Assembly (NCBI RefSeq): GCF_037893015.1
Contig: NC_133661.1
Location: 187,322,809-187,386,808, forward strand
Direction of reading: 5' to 3'
From: Macrotis lagotis
Lineage: Eukaryota
DNA: 64,000 nt
In this document: positions 51,011 to 63,517 of the stretch, in pieces
How positions within the stretch are numbered: position 1 is the first letter of the stretch
Layout of the letters: the number at the start of each line of letters is the position of its first letter
Program-made: the position numbers and the translations under genes
Notes under the pieces: model-generated
What the model saw: the letters and a program-made list of their open reading frames with translations, nothing else
What the model was told of the DNA's origin: nothing
Databases searched by the model: none

Positions 51011-51579
51011 GCCACTACAAAAAGAGCTGCTATGAATATTTAAGAACATGTGGGACTTTTCCCATTTTTTTATGATTTCCCATAACTTCATAATATCTTT
51101 CTCATATGCTACCTGCTCTCTTTTCACTCTACCACTACCTTGGTCTAGGCCTTCATCATTTCTCCCGTTGCCTCTTCCGATAGTCTGCTGGTTGGTGTCC
51201 TTTCCTCAAGTTTCTCCCCAATTTAGTTCATCCTTCACTCAACTGTCAAATTGGTCTTCCTAAAGTGAAAGACTGACTATGTTGTTTTCCTACTTATTAA
51301 AACTCCAGTGGCTCTCTATTCCTCCAGGATCATATAAAAGAAATAGGCATTTCATCTTCAGTCATAAGAACTCGGTTTATTGTTGCATAGATCAGAATTC
51401 CAAAACCTTTCAAAGTTGTTTTTCTTCATAACATTATTGTCATTATTTAAGTTTTTCTCTGTTTTGCTCACTTCACTCAACATTAGTTAATAGATTTCTT
51501 CCCAGTTTCCTCTTAAATTGATCATTTTGTCATTTCTTCTGACACAATACTATTCTATTCCATCAATTCATAAACCATA

Positions 51580-51840
51580 ATTTATTTATTTATTCATTCT
51601 CCAGTAGGAAGGCACACTCCTAGTTTCCAGATTTTTATGAAAAGAGTTACTATAAATAATTTAGATCGTTTTTCTCTTTCTTTGATCTCTTTGAGGTATA
51701 GACCTATTAGTGGTATAGCTGGATCAAAGGTACGTAGTTTGGCTACTTTTAGGGCATGGTTCCAAATTGCTTTCCAAATTGCTAAGACCAATCCATAGTT
51801 ATGCCAACAGCACTACCCAGATTTATCATTTTCTTCTTTG
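51580..51840 (-). mobile_element. Old LINE-1 ORF2 C-terminal fragment (antisense).
   Basis: - strand ORF 51594-51791 ...RTFDPAIPLIGLYLKEIKEREK...FIVTLFIKIWKLG matches an L1 ORF2 C-terminal motif. Confidence 0.55.
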
Positions 51841-52139
51841 TTATGGATGAGAGATAAAACTTTGGAGTTGCTTTAATTTTAATTTTTTTTTAATGATTAG
51901 TGATTTGAAATTATTTTTCTTATGGTCATTGATATCTTGGATTCTTTTTTTTTCTTTTTAATTTTTCAGTTTCAAGTTTTTCTCTCTCCTTCAATTCCCT
52001 ACTTTATCCTTTGTTAGGATACTCATTAATCACACAAAATCATGCAAAACATTTCTATATTATCTATGTTTCTAAAAAAAGGACAAGGAAAATAAGGAAA
52101 TAAAGAATAAGCTTTAGTCTGCACAGTTCTCTGGTGATG

Positions 52140-52480
52140 AATAGCATTTTTCATCATGAGTCATGGAATTCTGGTAGATCATTGTATTGATCAGAGTTAC
52201 ATAGTCATTCTCAGTGTATTGTTCTCCTAGTTCTCACTTCACTTTATGTCAGTTCATATGTCTTTCCAGATTCCTCTGAAACAATCCTTGTCATTTCTTA
52301 AAGTACGATAGTATTCCACTACAAGCATATACCGTAACTTGTTCAGCTATTTCTCAATTGATGGGCATATATACTCATTTCCAATTTTTGCCACTCCAAA
52401 AAGGATTTTATGATTAAGTCATTTTGGGCTTTGTTTTCCAGAATGATTAGATTAGTTCACAGCTCCAGCCAGCAATGATG
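52140..52480 (-). mobile_element. Old LINE-1 3' fragment (antisense) in TTC5 intron 2.
   Basis: Similarity to L1 ORF2 C-terminus and 3' end motifs seen at 30850-30990 (ctacaagcatataccgtaacttgttcagctatttctcaattgatgggcat...). Confidence 0.45.
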
Positions 52481-52807
52481 ACTTCATTTAAAACCTTTCT
52501 TCAACTGTTTTACTTCTTTTCAACAAACTACTGTAGACCTTAATTATTTCGCTTATGATGCTTTATTCTATTATTTGTCTTTTTATGTCCATGGCATATT
52601 TTTATGTATATTACTCAGGTAAACTATAAACTTCTTGTCTTAGTTTGTAATAATTTATAACCCTAATACTTAGTACAAATTCAATACTTGTGTGGATGAT
52701 AATTTTCCCCAAGTCTTCTCACTGGTATGGAGCTATTCCCTGGGAAAAAGATCCCTTTTGAGATTGTCTCAGATTTCAATTTTTTTTTACCTTTTCCTCC
52801 TTCATAG

Positions 52808-53019
52808 GCTTTTCCCAGGAAAAGCCCTGGGTTCTTATGCTGACAGGAAAGGCTCTGAATGTGACTCCAGACTATAATCCTCAGGCTGAGGAGTTTTTGT
52901 CGAAGGCTGTGAAGCTGGACCCTGAGCTGGTGGAAGCCTGGAACCAGCTGGGTGAGGTGTACTGGAAGAAAGGGGATGTTGCAGCTGCACACACCTGCTT
53001 CTCTGGAGCCCTCTCCCAT
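52808..53019 (+). CDS. TTC5: TTC5 coding exon 3: (G)[70 protein letters not shown]. This region carries TPR motifs.
   Basis: Acceptor ttcatag| at 52806-52807. Donor cat|gtgagc at 53019/53020. Near-identical to human [62 protein letters not shown]. Confidence 0.9.
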
Positions 53020-53091
53020 GTGAGCTTCCTGCTATATTTACAGGAATCACATATGGAAAGGATGAAATTCCTCTGCTATCTGGAAATTCCA

Positions 53092-53117
53092 CCCCCCCCT
53101 ACCCCCCCCCCCCCCAT
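53092..53117. repeat. Poly-C tract (C9 T A C17) in TTC5 intron 3, 73 bp downstream of exon 3.
   Basis: ccaccccccccctaccccccccccccccccatgcc. Confidence 0.9.
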
Positions 53118-53434
53118 GCCAGGTTGAAACTAACCCAGAATTAGAAGACTAGAAACAGGAATTGAGGAACAAGCCTGGAAGAGGGAATAAGGAATAAGGG
53201 ACAAAGGACTAAGAAAGGGAGAAAGTAATGGATTTGGGTGAGGGACAGCCAGGAATCAAAACAAAGTTAGATTTAAAACCTAGTATAGGGGGATGGAACA
53301 AGGAGTGATAAAAATGAGACTAAGATTAGAAATGAGAATGTTGAGAAGATGGGTTCAGGGAATATGATTTATGAGAAAGAAATGGGGTCAGCAGGGTTCC
53401 AAGAGGGTTGACTGTGTATCTCTTTCATTTTTAG

Positions 53435-53585
53435 TACAAGAACAAAGTTTCTCTGCAGAATTTGTCAATGGTGCTTCGTCAACTGCGAACTGAGACTGGT
53501 GAGGAACATTCCCGCCATGTCATGGATAGTGTCCGGCAGGCCAAGTTAGCTGTGCAGATGGATGTACATGATGGGCGGTCATGGT
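53435..53585 (+). CDS. TTC5: TTC5 coding exon 4: [50 protein letters not shown](Y).
   Basis: Acceptor tttttag| at 53433-53434. Donor tggt|gtgagt at 53585/53586, ending in phase 1. Matches human [51 protein letters not shown]. Confidence 0.9.
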
Positions 53586-54120
53586 GTGAGTGCTTTCCTA
53601 AAGGATCTGTATCTTTTGTTTTCAGATGCTGTAATTTTATTTTGATAGATTTGGGGAACTTCTGTTGAGTAATTGTGAGGAGAAAACTATACTACTTCAG
53701 TATGCATAGGGTTTGATTCAGAACTGTTTCCATCATCTATTCTTTGGCTCTGGAATTAAGCAAATTTTTTTTTTTTTTTAGATTCTTGTCCAGGACTTTA
53801 AACTTTTTTGAATCATAAAACTTTTGGTAATCGGGGGAACCCTGTGAAATTCTTGTCAGTATAATGTTTTTAAATGTATAAAACAAAATGCATAAGATTG
53901 TAAAGCAAATCAGTTGTTTTGAAATACAGTTAAATATTTTTAAAAACCAAATTCATAGGCCCTAGGATAAAGGGTTTAGAAAGCTTTGGGCTTTCAAAAA
54001 TGATACAAAGCTACCCTAGGCATGGGACCTATGGGATAAAATGGAAAGGTCTAAAGCTGATTATGGATAAAAACTTGGATTTATGCTATTTATTTACCTG
54101 CTTTTGCATTTCTCATTCAG

Positions 54121-54212
54121 ATATCCTAGGGAATGCATATCTCTCCCTCTTCTTCAACGCTGGCCAAAACCCTAAAATTTCCCAGCAAGCTCTCAGTGCT
54201 TATGCCCAAGCA
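54121..54212 (+). CDS. TTC5: TTC5 coding exon 5: (Y)[30 protein letters not shown].
   Basis: Acceptor tcattcag| at 54119-54120. Donor gca|gtgagt at 54212/54213. Matches human [31 protein letters not shown]. Confidence 0.88.
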
Positions 54213-54219
54213 GTGAGTA

Positions 54220-54394
54220 TTTTTGTTTTTTTGTTTTAATTTTTGTTTAAGGCAAGGGGTTTAAGAGACTTGCCCAAGATCACACAGCCAAACAATTATT
54301 AAATATCTGAGGCCAGATTTGAACCCAGGTCCTCCTGACTCTAGGGTCAGTGCTCTATCCAGTGCTCTATCCACTGCGCCACCTAGCCGCCCCA
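54220..54394 (-). mobile_element. SINE (antisense) inserted immediately 3' of the TTC5 exon 5 splice donor. The 14-bp TSD ccaagcagtgagta duplicates the exon end plus donor.
   Basis: T-rich tail then ttgtttaaggcaaggggtttaagagacttgcccaagatcacacagccaaacaattattaaatatctgaggccagatttgaacccagg...ccactgcgccacctagccgcccc. TSD at 54206-54219 and 54395-54408. Confidence 0.88.
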
Positions 54395-55559
54395 CCAAGC
54401 AGTGAGTAGTAGTAATCACCTGGGACAGAGGGATGTGGGGTAGCAATAGACTTCCTAATACAAATGATTGTGGCCTTTAAATAAATAACATGAGAAATAC
54501 TTTCTGTCACCTTACAGGTTTGGATTTACAAAGTTAGTCATTTAGATTTGTTTTATTATGCACATGCTTGTGCAGGGAACTACTGTCCCCTGAATGGCAT
54601 GAGACAATTGACCAGACTGCCTATGTTTACTGAATCAAAGAATGCAGCATGCACTGATTTCAGTTTTTGTTCTTTATATGGAAATTGAATTCTATTACCT
54701 TGTAATAATTGTTTTTAGTAGTAGTTAATGATAGTTTTTCTTAATAATCACTAGTATTTTATTACACATTTTAAATAGCAATGTGTATTTGTCTTTCTAA
54801 TTAAATTTAAGCTAATGATCTATGTTTTAGTAATTTAATAATCTAGTCCTGAAATTCTTCCAGGTTTAACTGGGAAAAACCTTAAATTCATCCTGAATTT
54901 TCTTTGTATTTAAAGCCTGGTAGGACATGTTCCTAGCTTCAAAATCACACTTTTCCCCTTAAGAAATCCCCAGCAGAGAGATAGCTTCTACTTGCTCACA
55001 ACTTTTTAGAAAACATTAATCTGTCCTCACTTTGTATTTAATTTTCAGAACCTCTTTGCTTTTCTGTCTTTCTGCATATTTTTTTTGCACAGAGACTACT
55101 TTTACTTTTTTTGTGCATTACAAAGCTTTGCTTCTGTTAAGCAAAAGAAAATTACAACCACTTGTTGTTTGCTCTGCAATTGTACTTTTCTAGTATCTTT
55201 GTCCTGATGAATGCTTTACTTTTCAAAGAATAGATAGCTTCACTGGGGCAGTAAGTAGGTTTCCAGCAGGTTTCATCATCTATGCTCTGTCAGAGACCTA
55301 TTTTTTTATTCATAAAAGATCCTTTTCTTTTTCTTCCTTTTAGAACCTAGATTTTAAAAATAGTAACACCTGTATGTATAATGCATACACACACATATAT
55401 ATGCATATACATGTATGTGTATCTGTATACATGCAATACATGTATTCCTGTATCATACCGTTATATAAGCTTATACCCATACCCCACTCTTGTATTATGT
55501 ATATAAAATTTTCTTACTTTGTGCTTGGCCTGTGTGTTTTCCTACAAGGAATACTCATT

Positions 55560-56120
55560 CTTGTATTTCTTTTTTTTATTGTTTTTTGAATTTTACAATT
55601 TTTCCCCCAGTCTCACTTTCCTTCCCCCAACCCCCACAGGCGGCAGTCTGATAATCTTTACTTTGTTTCCGTGCTTTACATTGATCAAAATTGAATGTGT
55701 TGAGAGAAAAATCGTATCTTTGAGGAAAAAATAAAATATAAGCAATCGCAAAATTACACAAGATACCTTTTTTTTTTAAATTAAAGATAATAGTCTTTGG
55801 TCCTTGTCTAAACTCCACAATCCCCTCTTTGGATACAGATGCTATTCTCCCTTCTCAGATACCCCCAAATTGTCCCTGATTATTATTGTACTGATGAAAT
55901 GAGCAAGTCCATCAAAATTAATCATCAGTCCTACGCTGCTGTTATGGTGTATACTATTCTTCTGGTTCTGCTTATCCCACTCAGCATCAGTTCATGTAAA
56001 TCCTTCCAGGCTTCTCTGAATTTCCATCTCTTCTGGTTTTCATCCTTGTATTTCAGTTGGGAAAGAGAAACATCTTTCTAGATATGTCCAGTATTATTTC
56101 AGATAGAGGAAATGAGTTAG
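55560..56120 (-). mobile_element. LINE-1 3'-end fragment (antisense) in TTC5 intron 5.
   Basis: L1 terminus motif gaattttacaatttttcccccagtctcactttccttcccccaaccccc...ctttactttgtttcc...gagagaaaaatcgtatc and upstream L1 3'UTR homology. Confidence 0.65.
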
Positions 56121-56920
56121 GATAAGGTATATTTTTTCCATCTTAACCACAAATATGGGGAAATTTATTAACTTCAGTAATTTGTTGACATTTCTTTTTC
56201 TCTCATTGTTTCTTGTACTGTACTATACACAGAATTGTTTATCTCTTTGATCTTTATTACATTTTCCTTTTAAATTTAAAGCAGTTATGTACTTTCCCCA
56301 TTCTGCTTCTTGCTTTGAGAACTATAATCAAATCAGAACTACCCTTGTTTGTGAAAAGGGTATGTTGCTGGGCTATTTTATTATGTTTGATTTCCTAGGC
56401 CCAAATGCCTCTAATTGGCCAAAACTTGCCTTATATATGCTGTTTCCTTCTATCAGAAGGAAGTAATTACTTTTTGAGAGTAATTACTGTCTCTTGTTTG
56501 CATTTGTGTCCCCACAAGGCTTAGTATAATGGATGGAATATGCATAATAATTACTTTTTGATTCATTCACTCAATGCTTTTACATTTATTCATTTTACTC
56601 TTAAAATATTCTGTCATTTAATTATAATAATATTTTAAAAGCATACATGAAACAGTAACATGGATAAACAAATCACTCTATCACATTCATTATGAACCTT
56701 TTAGTGTCTGGTATTGATCCTCTCTTTTTGGTGGAGTTGATAGCTACTGTATCTATAACAGAAACAGCAGTATAACAGAAAGAGGCTAGGGGTCTCTCTT
56801 GTCATGGAGGGAAATCTTGAGTGCTTTTGTGAGGTGCCCAAGCCATGTTTTGAGTGATCATTCTCATGTCTGAAACAACTTCTTAATGAATTATTACCTT
56901 TTTCCAATATCTCACTTTAG

Positions 56921-56977
56921 GAAAAAGTGGACAGGACTGCTTCCAGCAATCCAGATCTGCACCTGAACAGGGCCACG
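56921..56977 (+). CDS. TTC5: TTC5 coding exon 6: EKVDRTASSNPDLHLNRAT.
   Basis: Acceptor cactttag| at 56919-56920. Donor acg|gtaagg at 56977/56978. Matches human EKVDRKASSNPDLHLNRAT. Confidence 0.88.
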
Positions 56978-57395
56978 GTAAGGCTAAGGGTAGGACAATT
57001 TATAACGCATGCAAATGATAATGTATTAAACTTTAGTTTATTGATATAGCTGATTATAGCAAAGTTTGGTATGTTCATCTTGAGAGAATACAAAAATTTT
57101 TTTGGTGGGGGGATGTCAGCTCAATCTCATGATAACAGAGAGACACACTAGAGGGAAAGGAGAGGGATTGAAGAAGTGGGAGGTACTATGTATAAAGGAG
57201 TTAGTTGGAAAATGGAAGAAGTTTGGGAAGATTTCTGTTCATTTAGATATTACATTAATGACATATAAGTGAGATATCAAAATATATGAATGTAAAAAAT
57301 TTTGCATATTGTCAAGTCCTATAACAAGGTTAGTTAATATATTGTTCAGTGCAAATATTCTGGGGAAAGAATCTTAATCATTTCTTTATATGCAG

Positions 57396-57542
57396 CTATA
57401 TAAATATGAGGAAAGTTATGAGGAGGCCCTGGAAGGCTTCTCTAGAGCTGCAGCACTGGACCCAGCCTGGCCAGAGCCTCAGCAAAGAGAGCAACAGCTC
57501 CTGGAATTCCTAGATAGATTGACCAACCTTCTTGATAGCAAG
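57396..57542 (+). CDS. TTC5: TTC5 coding exon 7: [49 protein letters not shown].
   Basis: Acceptor tatgcag| at 57394-57395. Donor aag|gtatgg at 57542/57543. Matches human [49 protein letters not shown]. Confidence 0.9.
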
Positions 57543-57714
57543 GTATGGTACGGACTCTCATCCTCTTTTTTTTTTATGATAGGGTTATTGGGATTGGAAT
57601 TGGGCTGTGTGAATGGTAACCTAGATAGAAGTGGGACTGAGTTGGGGACGAATGTAGCTTAGTGGAAGGGGCTAGTCTTTTGACATCTCTTTTCTTTTTC
57701 TTCATTATTTGTAG

Positions 57715-57929
57715 GGTAAGGTGAAGGGCAAGAAGTTGCAGAACATGCTAGGAAATCTTCGTCCAGCCCAGTTAGGCCCTTGTGGAGATGGGCGCTATCA
57801 GGCAGCCTCTGGACAGAAGATGGCTCTGGAACTAAAGCCACTGAGTACCTTGCAACCTGGCTTAAACAGTGGTACTGTGGTTTTGGGCAAGGTTTTGTTC
57901 AGCCTTACTACAGAGGAGAAGGTGCCCTT
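57715..57929 (+). CDS. TTC5: TTC5 coding exon 8: [71 protein letters not shown](F).
   Basis: Acceptor tttgtag| at 57713-57714. Donor tt|gtgagt at 57929/57930, ending in phase 2. Matches human [72 protein letters not shown]. Confidence 0.9.
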
Positions 57930-58433
57930 GTGAGTGTTTGTACTAATCCAGTGTTCTGCCTGGGTTTTTCTCTGGCAACTATTTCATTACCTTTCCCAGA
58001 CTTAGTGACTTCTGCTAGAGTTGAAAGTCATCTCATTTCCCTTCTCTGAGTGATCATTGCATGGATAAAGCATGTGTTCCTTTCCTGTTAAATCTGTGAT
58101 GATCTGCTTTCCTGAGCTTTTGCTTTGTCCTGTTTGGTGAGTGGGTCTTAATAACCCCTGGGTCTTAAGTAAGGTATAGTTTAGCAGTTGGCTTTAAGGT
58201 GAAGTTTTAGTGAGGGATGGAAATAGCTTGGGGGGGGGGGAGGTTATCCTTAAAAAGATTAAAAAGAGAAGGGAAGCTGTTTATGAAAGGGTCAATAAAA
58301 TAAACAAGATAATTATGAAAAAAATATGGGAGACATTGTCTAGTGGTGGATAAAGGGCTAGCTTTATAGTATAGTTAGGAAGATCTGGATTCAAGTTCTG
58401 TCATTTTAATTGTGTGACCATGCAATTTTCTAT

Positions 58434-58540
58434 TTATTTTTAATTTAAGGCCAGATTATTAAGTGTCTGAGGTTGGATTTGAACTCAGGTACTCCTGACT
58501 CCAGGGCCAGTGCTGTATCCACTGTGCCACCTAGCTTCCC
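58434..58540 (-). mobile_element. Truncated SINE (antisense) in TTC5 intron 8, next to a MIR-like fragment at about 58320-58420. 18-bp TSD tgacc(a/t)tgcaattttcta.
   Basis: ...ggccagattattaagtgtctgaggttggatttgaactcaggtactcctgactccagggccagtgctgtatccactgtgccacctagcttccc. TSD at 58416-58433 and 58541-58558. Confidence 0.8.
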
Positions 58541-59085
58541 TGACCTTGCAATTTTCTAAGACTACAGATTTCAAATGAGTTGCTTAATCTGCATTGTTAA
58601 AGGAATTTTTTCCATTCTGGGAGTTCTTTATATATTATATTGGTAAAAACAATTGCCCCTCCTTTCCTCTTCCTGTTTCCTTTATTTTCTTCCAAATAAA
58701 TAAAAGGGAATAAAAGAAGGCAGGCTAATGGGGTGCTTTGTCAATTCTAATTTAATGTAGAGAATTGGAAGTTTGAAGGAAGATGTGACTATAACTAAAA
58801 GGACAAATAAGAAACATGGTTTCAGACAATTTGGTTGATGCTTCATCATCATTAATATTTGTGGAATGTCCCCTGAATACATGGGGTGGTTTAAAGTATT
58901 TTGGGAAAGATACATAAAGGTAATTGATGTCTCCTGGCCCTGCCTTCTTAGAACTTATAATAAGAGAATGATAGACACATGGGGTTGGTTTTAAAAGTTT
59001 ATTTATTTCTCTAGTTTTTCTTCTTAAAACCCTTGTTCTCCCTTCTGCCAACACTTTTTCCATTTGTGTTTCTTACTCTTGGCAG

Positions 59086-59230
59086 CACATTTGGCCTGGT
59101 GGATTCTGAGGGACCTTGTTTTGCAGTGACGGTGTATAATATGGTGCAGAGTTGGGGTGTGCTGATTGGTGACTCTGTGGCTATCCCTGAGCCCCATCTC
59201 CGATGCCATCAAATTCAGCATAAAGGAAAG
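59086..59230 (+). CDS. TTC5: TTC5 coding exon 9: (F)[48 protein letters not shown].
   Basis: Acceptor tcttggcag| at 59084-59085. Donor aag|gtgggt at 59230/59231. Matches human [48 protein letters not shown]. Confidence 0.9.
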
Positions 59231-59786
59231 GTGGGTGATGGGACCTTCTTTCTTGATTTCTTTGTTTGAACCAAATCTATAAACTGCTCAATTCTTTATC
59301 AGGACCTTGTCCCACTCCAAACAGGACCTCGTCCCACTCCAAACCTGCGGTGGGACAATAAGTTCTTTGACAGAAATTCCTCAACTTGTGAATCTAAAGC
59401 AAAGTATATTTTGTTATAATAAGAAAAAATTGCTATTAAAATTTTTTCTACTTGGTTTCCTTAAAAAAAAAAAACCTAATCCTTTCAGTGTTCATTTTCC
59501 ACTTATCCCAAACATTTCTCTCTTATCTTGAGAGCATTGGAGAAATGCAGAATTCTCTCAGAATCCCTTTTGACTTTTTCATTAGTGTCCCAAACTCTTG
59601 TTCTCTCTGGTAAGACCAACAGCCTGGGACACTTCATAGTTATTTTATTATGCTCAATTCCAATTGTAACCCTGCTTGAGGTAATGTAGGATGGAATTGA
59701 GGTGCATGAATATTGAGTAGGAGGGGTTGATGTGACCCATTCTGGAATGACCCCTATTGATCTTTTCTGTTTCTTATTTCTTTCAG

Positions 59787-59906
59787 AACTACTCCTTTTC
59801 CTGTATTCGTGTGGAGACACCCCTTTTGTTGGTAGTGAATGGGAAGCCACAAGGCTCTAGCAGTCAGGCTGCTTCCACTGTGGCATATCGACCACAGAGC
59901 GAATGA
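59787..59906 (+). CDS. TTC5: TTC5 coding exon 10 (terminal): [39 protein letters not shown] followed by the stop.
   Basis: Acceptor ctttcag| at 59785-59786. TGA stop at 59904-59906. Matches the human C-terminus [39 protein letters not shown]. Total predicted protein is 439 aa. AATAAA poly(A) signal candidate at 60399. Confidence 0.9.
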   Translation, partial: NYSFSCIRVETPLLLVVNGKPQGSSSQAASTVAYRPQSE

Positions 59907-60221
59907 CTCTTGATTCACATCCTAGAGAAGAAGTAGCAACATGGAGAGAAGTTCCAGGGAATGAAGAGGCTGGATTACTCTTACCCAGTGACTCAGAGGG
60001 GTGGGCATGTGTTTGGGTTGGATTTTTCCTTCTTTTGCTTTATTATATAACCTAGCTTTCCTTCTTCCAGTCCTTCTGCTGCCCTGTCTCAGCCTCTTTC
60101 AGTGCCTGCTTGCTTGCATGGGGTACCATCTGTGGCTTTCATGTTTTGGGCTGAGATCATTTTGTGAGTGCTGGAGCTGGGCTATGGGGGCTGGGACCCC
60201 AAGGTTTCTATTTTCCCTTAG

Positions 60222-60223
<2 letters not shown>

Positions 60224-60275
<52 letters not shown>
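60224..60275. repeat. (TG)26 microsatellite about 320 bp downstream of the TTC5 stop, probably in the 3'UTR.
   Basis: Uninterrupted gtgtgt... over 52 bp. Confidence 0.95.
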
Positions 60276-60277
<2 letters not shown>

Positions 60278-61215
60278 TCAATATTTATTGCTAGGGGAAG
60301 GGATTAAAATTTTTATAGTTTGTTTTTTGACAATGCTTTTTTATTTTTTTAAGTCAAGGCCTTGCCCTTTCTCTGACTCTGGGGGCATCATTTGGAAAAA
60401 TAAAACCAAACAAAGCCACCTGTAATTTATTTAGTTTTATTCTCCCTTTTCTTGGTCCCACACTAGTTGACACAATGTCATTTTAAACTAAGCAATATCA
60501 GATTAAAGTAGGGGGGATAAGTGGAGAGTGTTAAAGTTTGCCTTGCTGAACTCATTTGGCTTCAAAATACCTCCAGATTTCAGTATTCCCAACATGCTTT
60601 CCTAAATAGGACTTCTCAGTTATTTTTCAGTATAGTCTTCAACCACTTTCCAGCTATTCAGTCTCTGAGAACCTTTGTGTTTCCAGTCACTACCATACTC
60701 AGAATTCCCCTAATGATACGGAATGAAATGTGGGACAAACACCTAACACCAGAAATAATGAGAAAATTGCTTTTGATTTCTTTAGGTCCATTATCAGGTT
60801 TTCTTTAGACCAAGCTGATTGAGAGGTTTGCTTTTGCCCCAGGAGGAAAAGTAGTTTTACTTAGTGTTCTCACACCTCCTCTAGGCTTCCTTTTTCTTTG
60901 CTGATCTAAGGAGTTTTCCAGATTTGGAAATTCTACATAGGGGAAGTAAGTGGGTAAGGTCTTTGGGACCCCTTAATAGGGGGGAGAGAGAGGGGGGGGG
61001 TTAGAAGGAGGATGGGGAAGAGACTATTGAATCCTGTGAAGATATCAATAAATAATAGGTCTATGCTGGCTAACAAGCTAGTAGTGTGTCTGTTGACCTA
61101 CCTTTAATAGATGGTGGACAGTGCTGTGGGAGAAATTGACATTTTGAGATTTGCAGAAATCTGGTTCTAAATACCTTGATTCTATCTTGCTTCCTTCAAC
61201 TCTTAGATTCTCAAC

Positions 61216-61260
61216 TGTGTGTGTTTGTGTGTGTGTGTGTGTGTGTGTATACACATATAC

Positions 61261-61339
<79 letters not shown>
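61216..61339. repeat. Compound (TG)n...(TG)n(TA)n microsatellite.
   Basis: tgtgtgtgtttgtgtgtgtgtgtgtgtgtgtgtatacacatatacacatgtgtgtgtgtgtg...tgtatatatatatatatata... Confidence 0.95.
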
Positions 61340-61342
<3 letters not shown>

Positions 61343-62270
61343 TCTCCTCTTGTTCTGAGAAACATCTTTTTTAGATCACCTATTAACAATAGCCAACCTT
61401 TTAGAAAGTTCTGGTTCTTAAATCTAGCCTAAATCCTGGATGTTGCAATTTGTCTATTTCTATACTTTTATATGGAAGCAATGAGGTATAAAATATGTTT
61501 ATACATATTTATGGAGCAAAATTATTTTATAAAATTTTCAATTTCTTTACCAAATCTTTAAGTGGAGAGGATTAATAATTGAGGTTTTTTTTTTTAAATA
61601 AAGGTTAGATTTCTAGGTAGGGTGATTGGTGGTGCTGTAGCTACAGGACCCATTATCAGGTTGTCTTTACAATTAAATATGATGGGAGAAATGAGAGAGA
61701 ATTGAGCACTTTTGCCATCTGGGTTAGGCTTGTGGAGCAATTTGAACTTCTAGATTGTCCAGAGGGATGTTACAAGGCCCCAGATGACATCAATTCCCCT
61801 GTGAGATAATCACCAAGTGTTTATTAAACACTTACTATGTTTCAAGCACTTTACTTGGTGCTGGATATACAAAGACAAAAATGAAATAAATGACTTGTGT
61901 CCTTAAAAAGCTTACATTCATTCCATATTACATTCATGTAGATAATTTATATATAAAATAAATACAAGATAAGTTTACATAAGCAATGGCACTTGCTATT
62001 ATGAAAGGATCAGTGAAGTTTTCTTGGAGAAAGTGGTGCTTGAGCTGAATCTTGAAGGAAAGTAGGAATTTTAAGAGGATGAATAGAAGAGGGAGTGATC
62101 CTATACAATGGGGGATAATCAGCACAAAAGCACAGGGACAGACCATGGAGTATTCAGTATGAGGACATCAAGAAGGCCTGTCTGGGAGGACTCCGGGATT
62201 CAGGAAGGAAAGTCATAGAGAGGAGATGAGGTTGAGGTCAGTTTGGGACTGGCTTTAAAAGTCCAACAGA

Positions 62271-62414
62271 TGGGGCAGCTAGGTGGTACAGTGGATAGAG
62301 TACCAGCCCTGGAGTCAGGAGTACCTGAGTTCAAATCCAGCCTCAGACACTTAATTACCTAGCTGTGTGGCCTTGGGCAAGCGACTTCACCCCATTGCCT
62401 TGCCAAAAAAAAAA
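62271..62414 (+). mobile_element. SINE (sense). 14-bp TSD aaaagtccaacaga.
   Basis: ggggcagctaggtggtacagtggatagagtaccagccctggagtcaggagtacctgagttcaaatccagcctcagacacttaattacctagctgtgtggccttgggcaagcgacttcaccccattgccttgccaaaaaaaaaaa. TSD at 62257-62270 and 62413-62426. Confidence 0.9.
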
Positions 62415-63517
62415 AAGTCCAACAGAGAAGCTTACATTTGATTCTAATGGCAATAGTAAAGCACTGCAGTTTGTTGATTATTAAGTGATTGGGTCACTCC
62501 CTTGCCTCTGTTTATCACCAGTTGTGTCCTAGAAGCTTCAGTCTTGAATCACTCACATCATTCACTGCCTACTCTTCCCACATGCTTGCTGTTAAGGGAA
62601 GGTGGAGAAAATCACACAACTGTACTGATTGGATCCCCTACAAATTTCTGTTACATAATCATCTAGGCATTTACTTCTAGGCAATCTTTTTTACCTCCCT
62701 AAATTAACTCTCTTCTAGTCTTCATAATGACTTGCAAAATTTTTCATCCTTTCTCAAACTTCCAATGGCTCTTTCTTACAATTTAATCTACCACAGTCAA
62801 GATTTTACTGAAGAAATTGAGACTGTTCCTCAAGAGCTCTCTCTACTCACCTCATTTACTCAGATAACCTACTTCTATCTCCTCCACCCCATCTCATGAA
62901 AAGATGGCCCTTCCTGTTGAGGCAAACTCTTTTCATGTACAAATAATCACATTTAATCCCATTTTCTGTAGTATATTATTCTCTATCCTTCTCACTTTAA
63001 AAAAATTTGTTTTTCCAACTACATGCAAACGGGTAGGTTTTACCAGTCATTTTTTTAAATGAGGTTTTGAATTTTACATTTTTCACTGTGTTCTCTTTGA
63101 TATTTTCTTTTCTTTAGATTTTCAAGTTATTATTCTCTCCTGGCTCTCCCCCCTATCTGATAGCTTCTCAGTTTTCTGTTCTGGGCCTTCTTTGTATATA
63201 CTATTTAATTTTGTTAAACCTTTACATGTTCCATTATCTCTATGTTGATGATTCTTAAATCTACTTATCCAACCCTAACTTCCCTGCTGACCTCTAGTCT
63301 TGTATCTCCAATTGCCTTTTAGACATCTCAAAACTGGATGTTCTGTAAACATTTTAAACTCAACATTTTCGAAACAATTTATCTTTGTCCTCAAACCCTC
63401 CCCCTTCCAAACTTACCTGTTACTCTTAAGGGCACCACCATTCTGGTTTTTCAGTCTTGCAATCTAGGTATTGTCCTTAATTCTGCTCTATCTACCACCC
63501 TGAACTTTTCATTTCAC

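Noticed and set aside
59503-59850. - strand ORF of 115 aa.
   Set aside because: Antisense to TTC5 exon 10 and the flanking intron. No conservation. The + strand exon has a clear homologue and splice sites.
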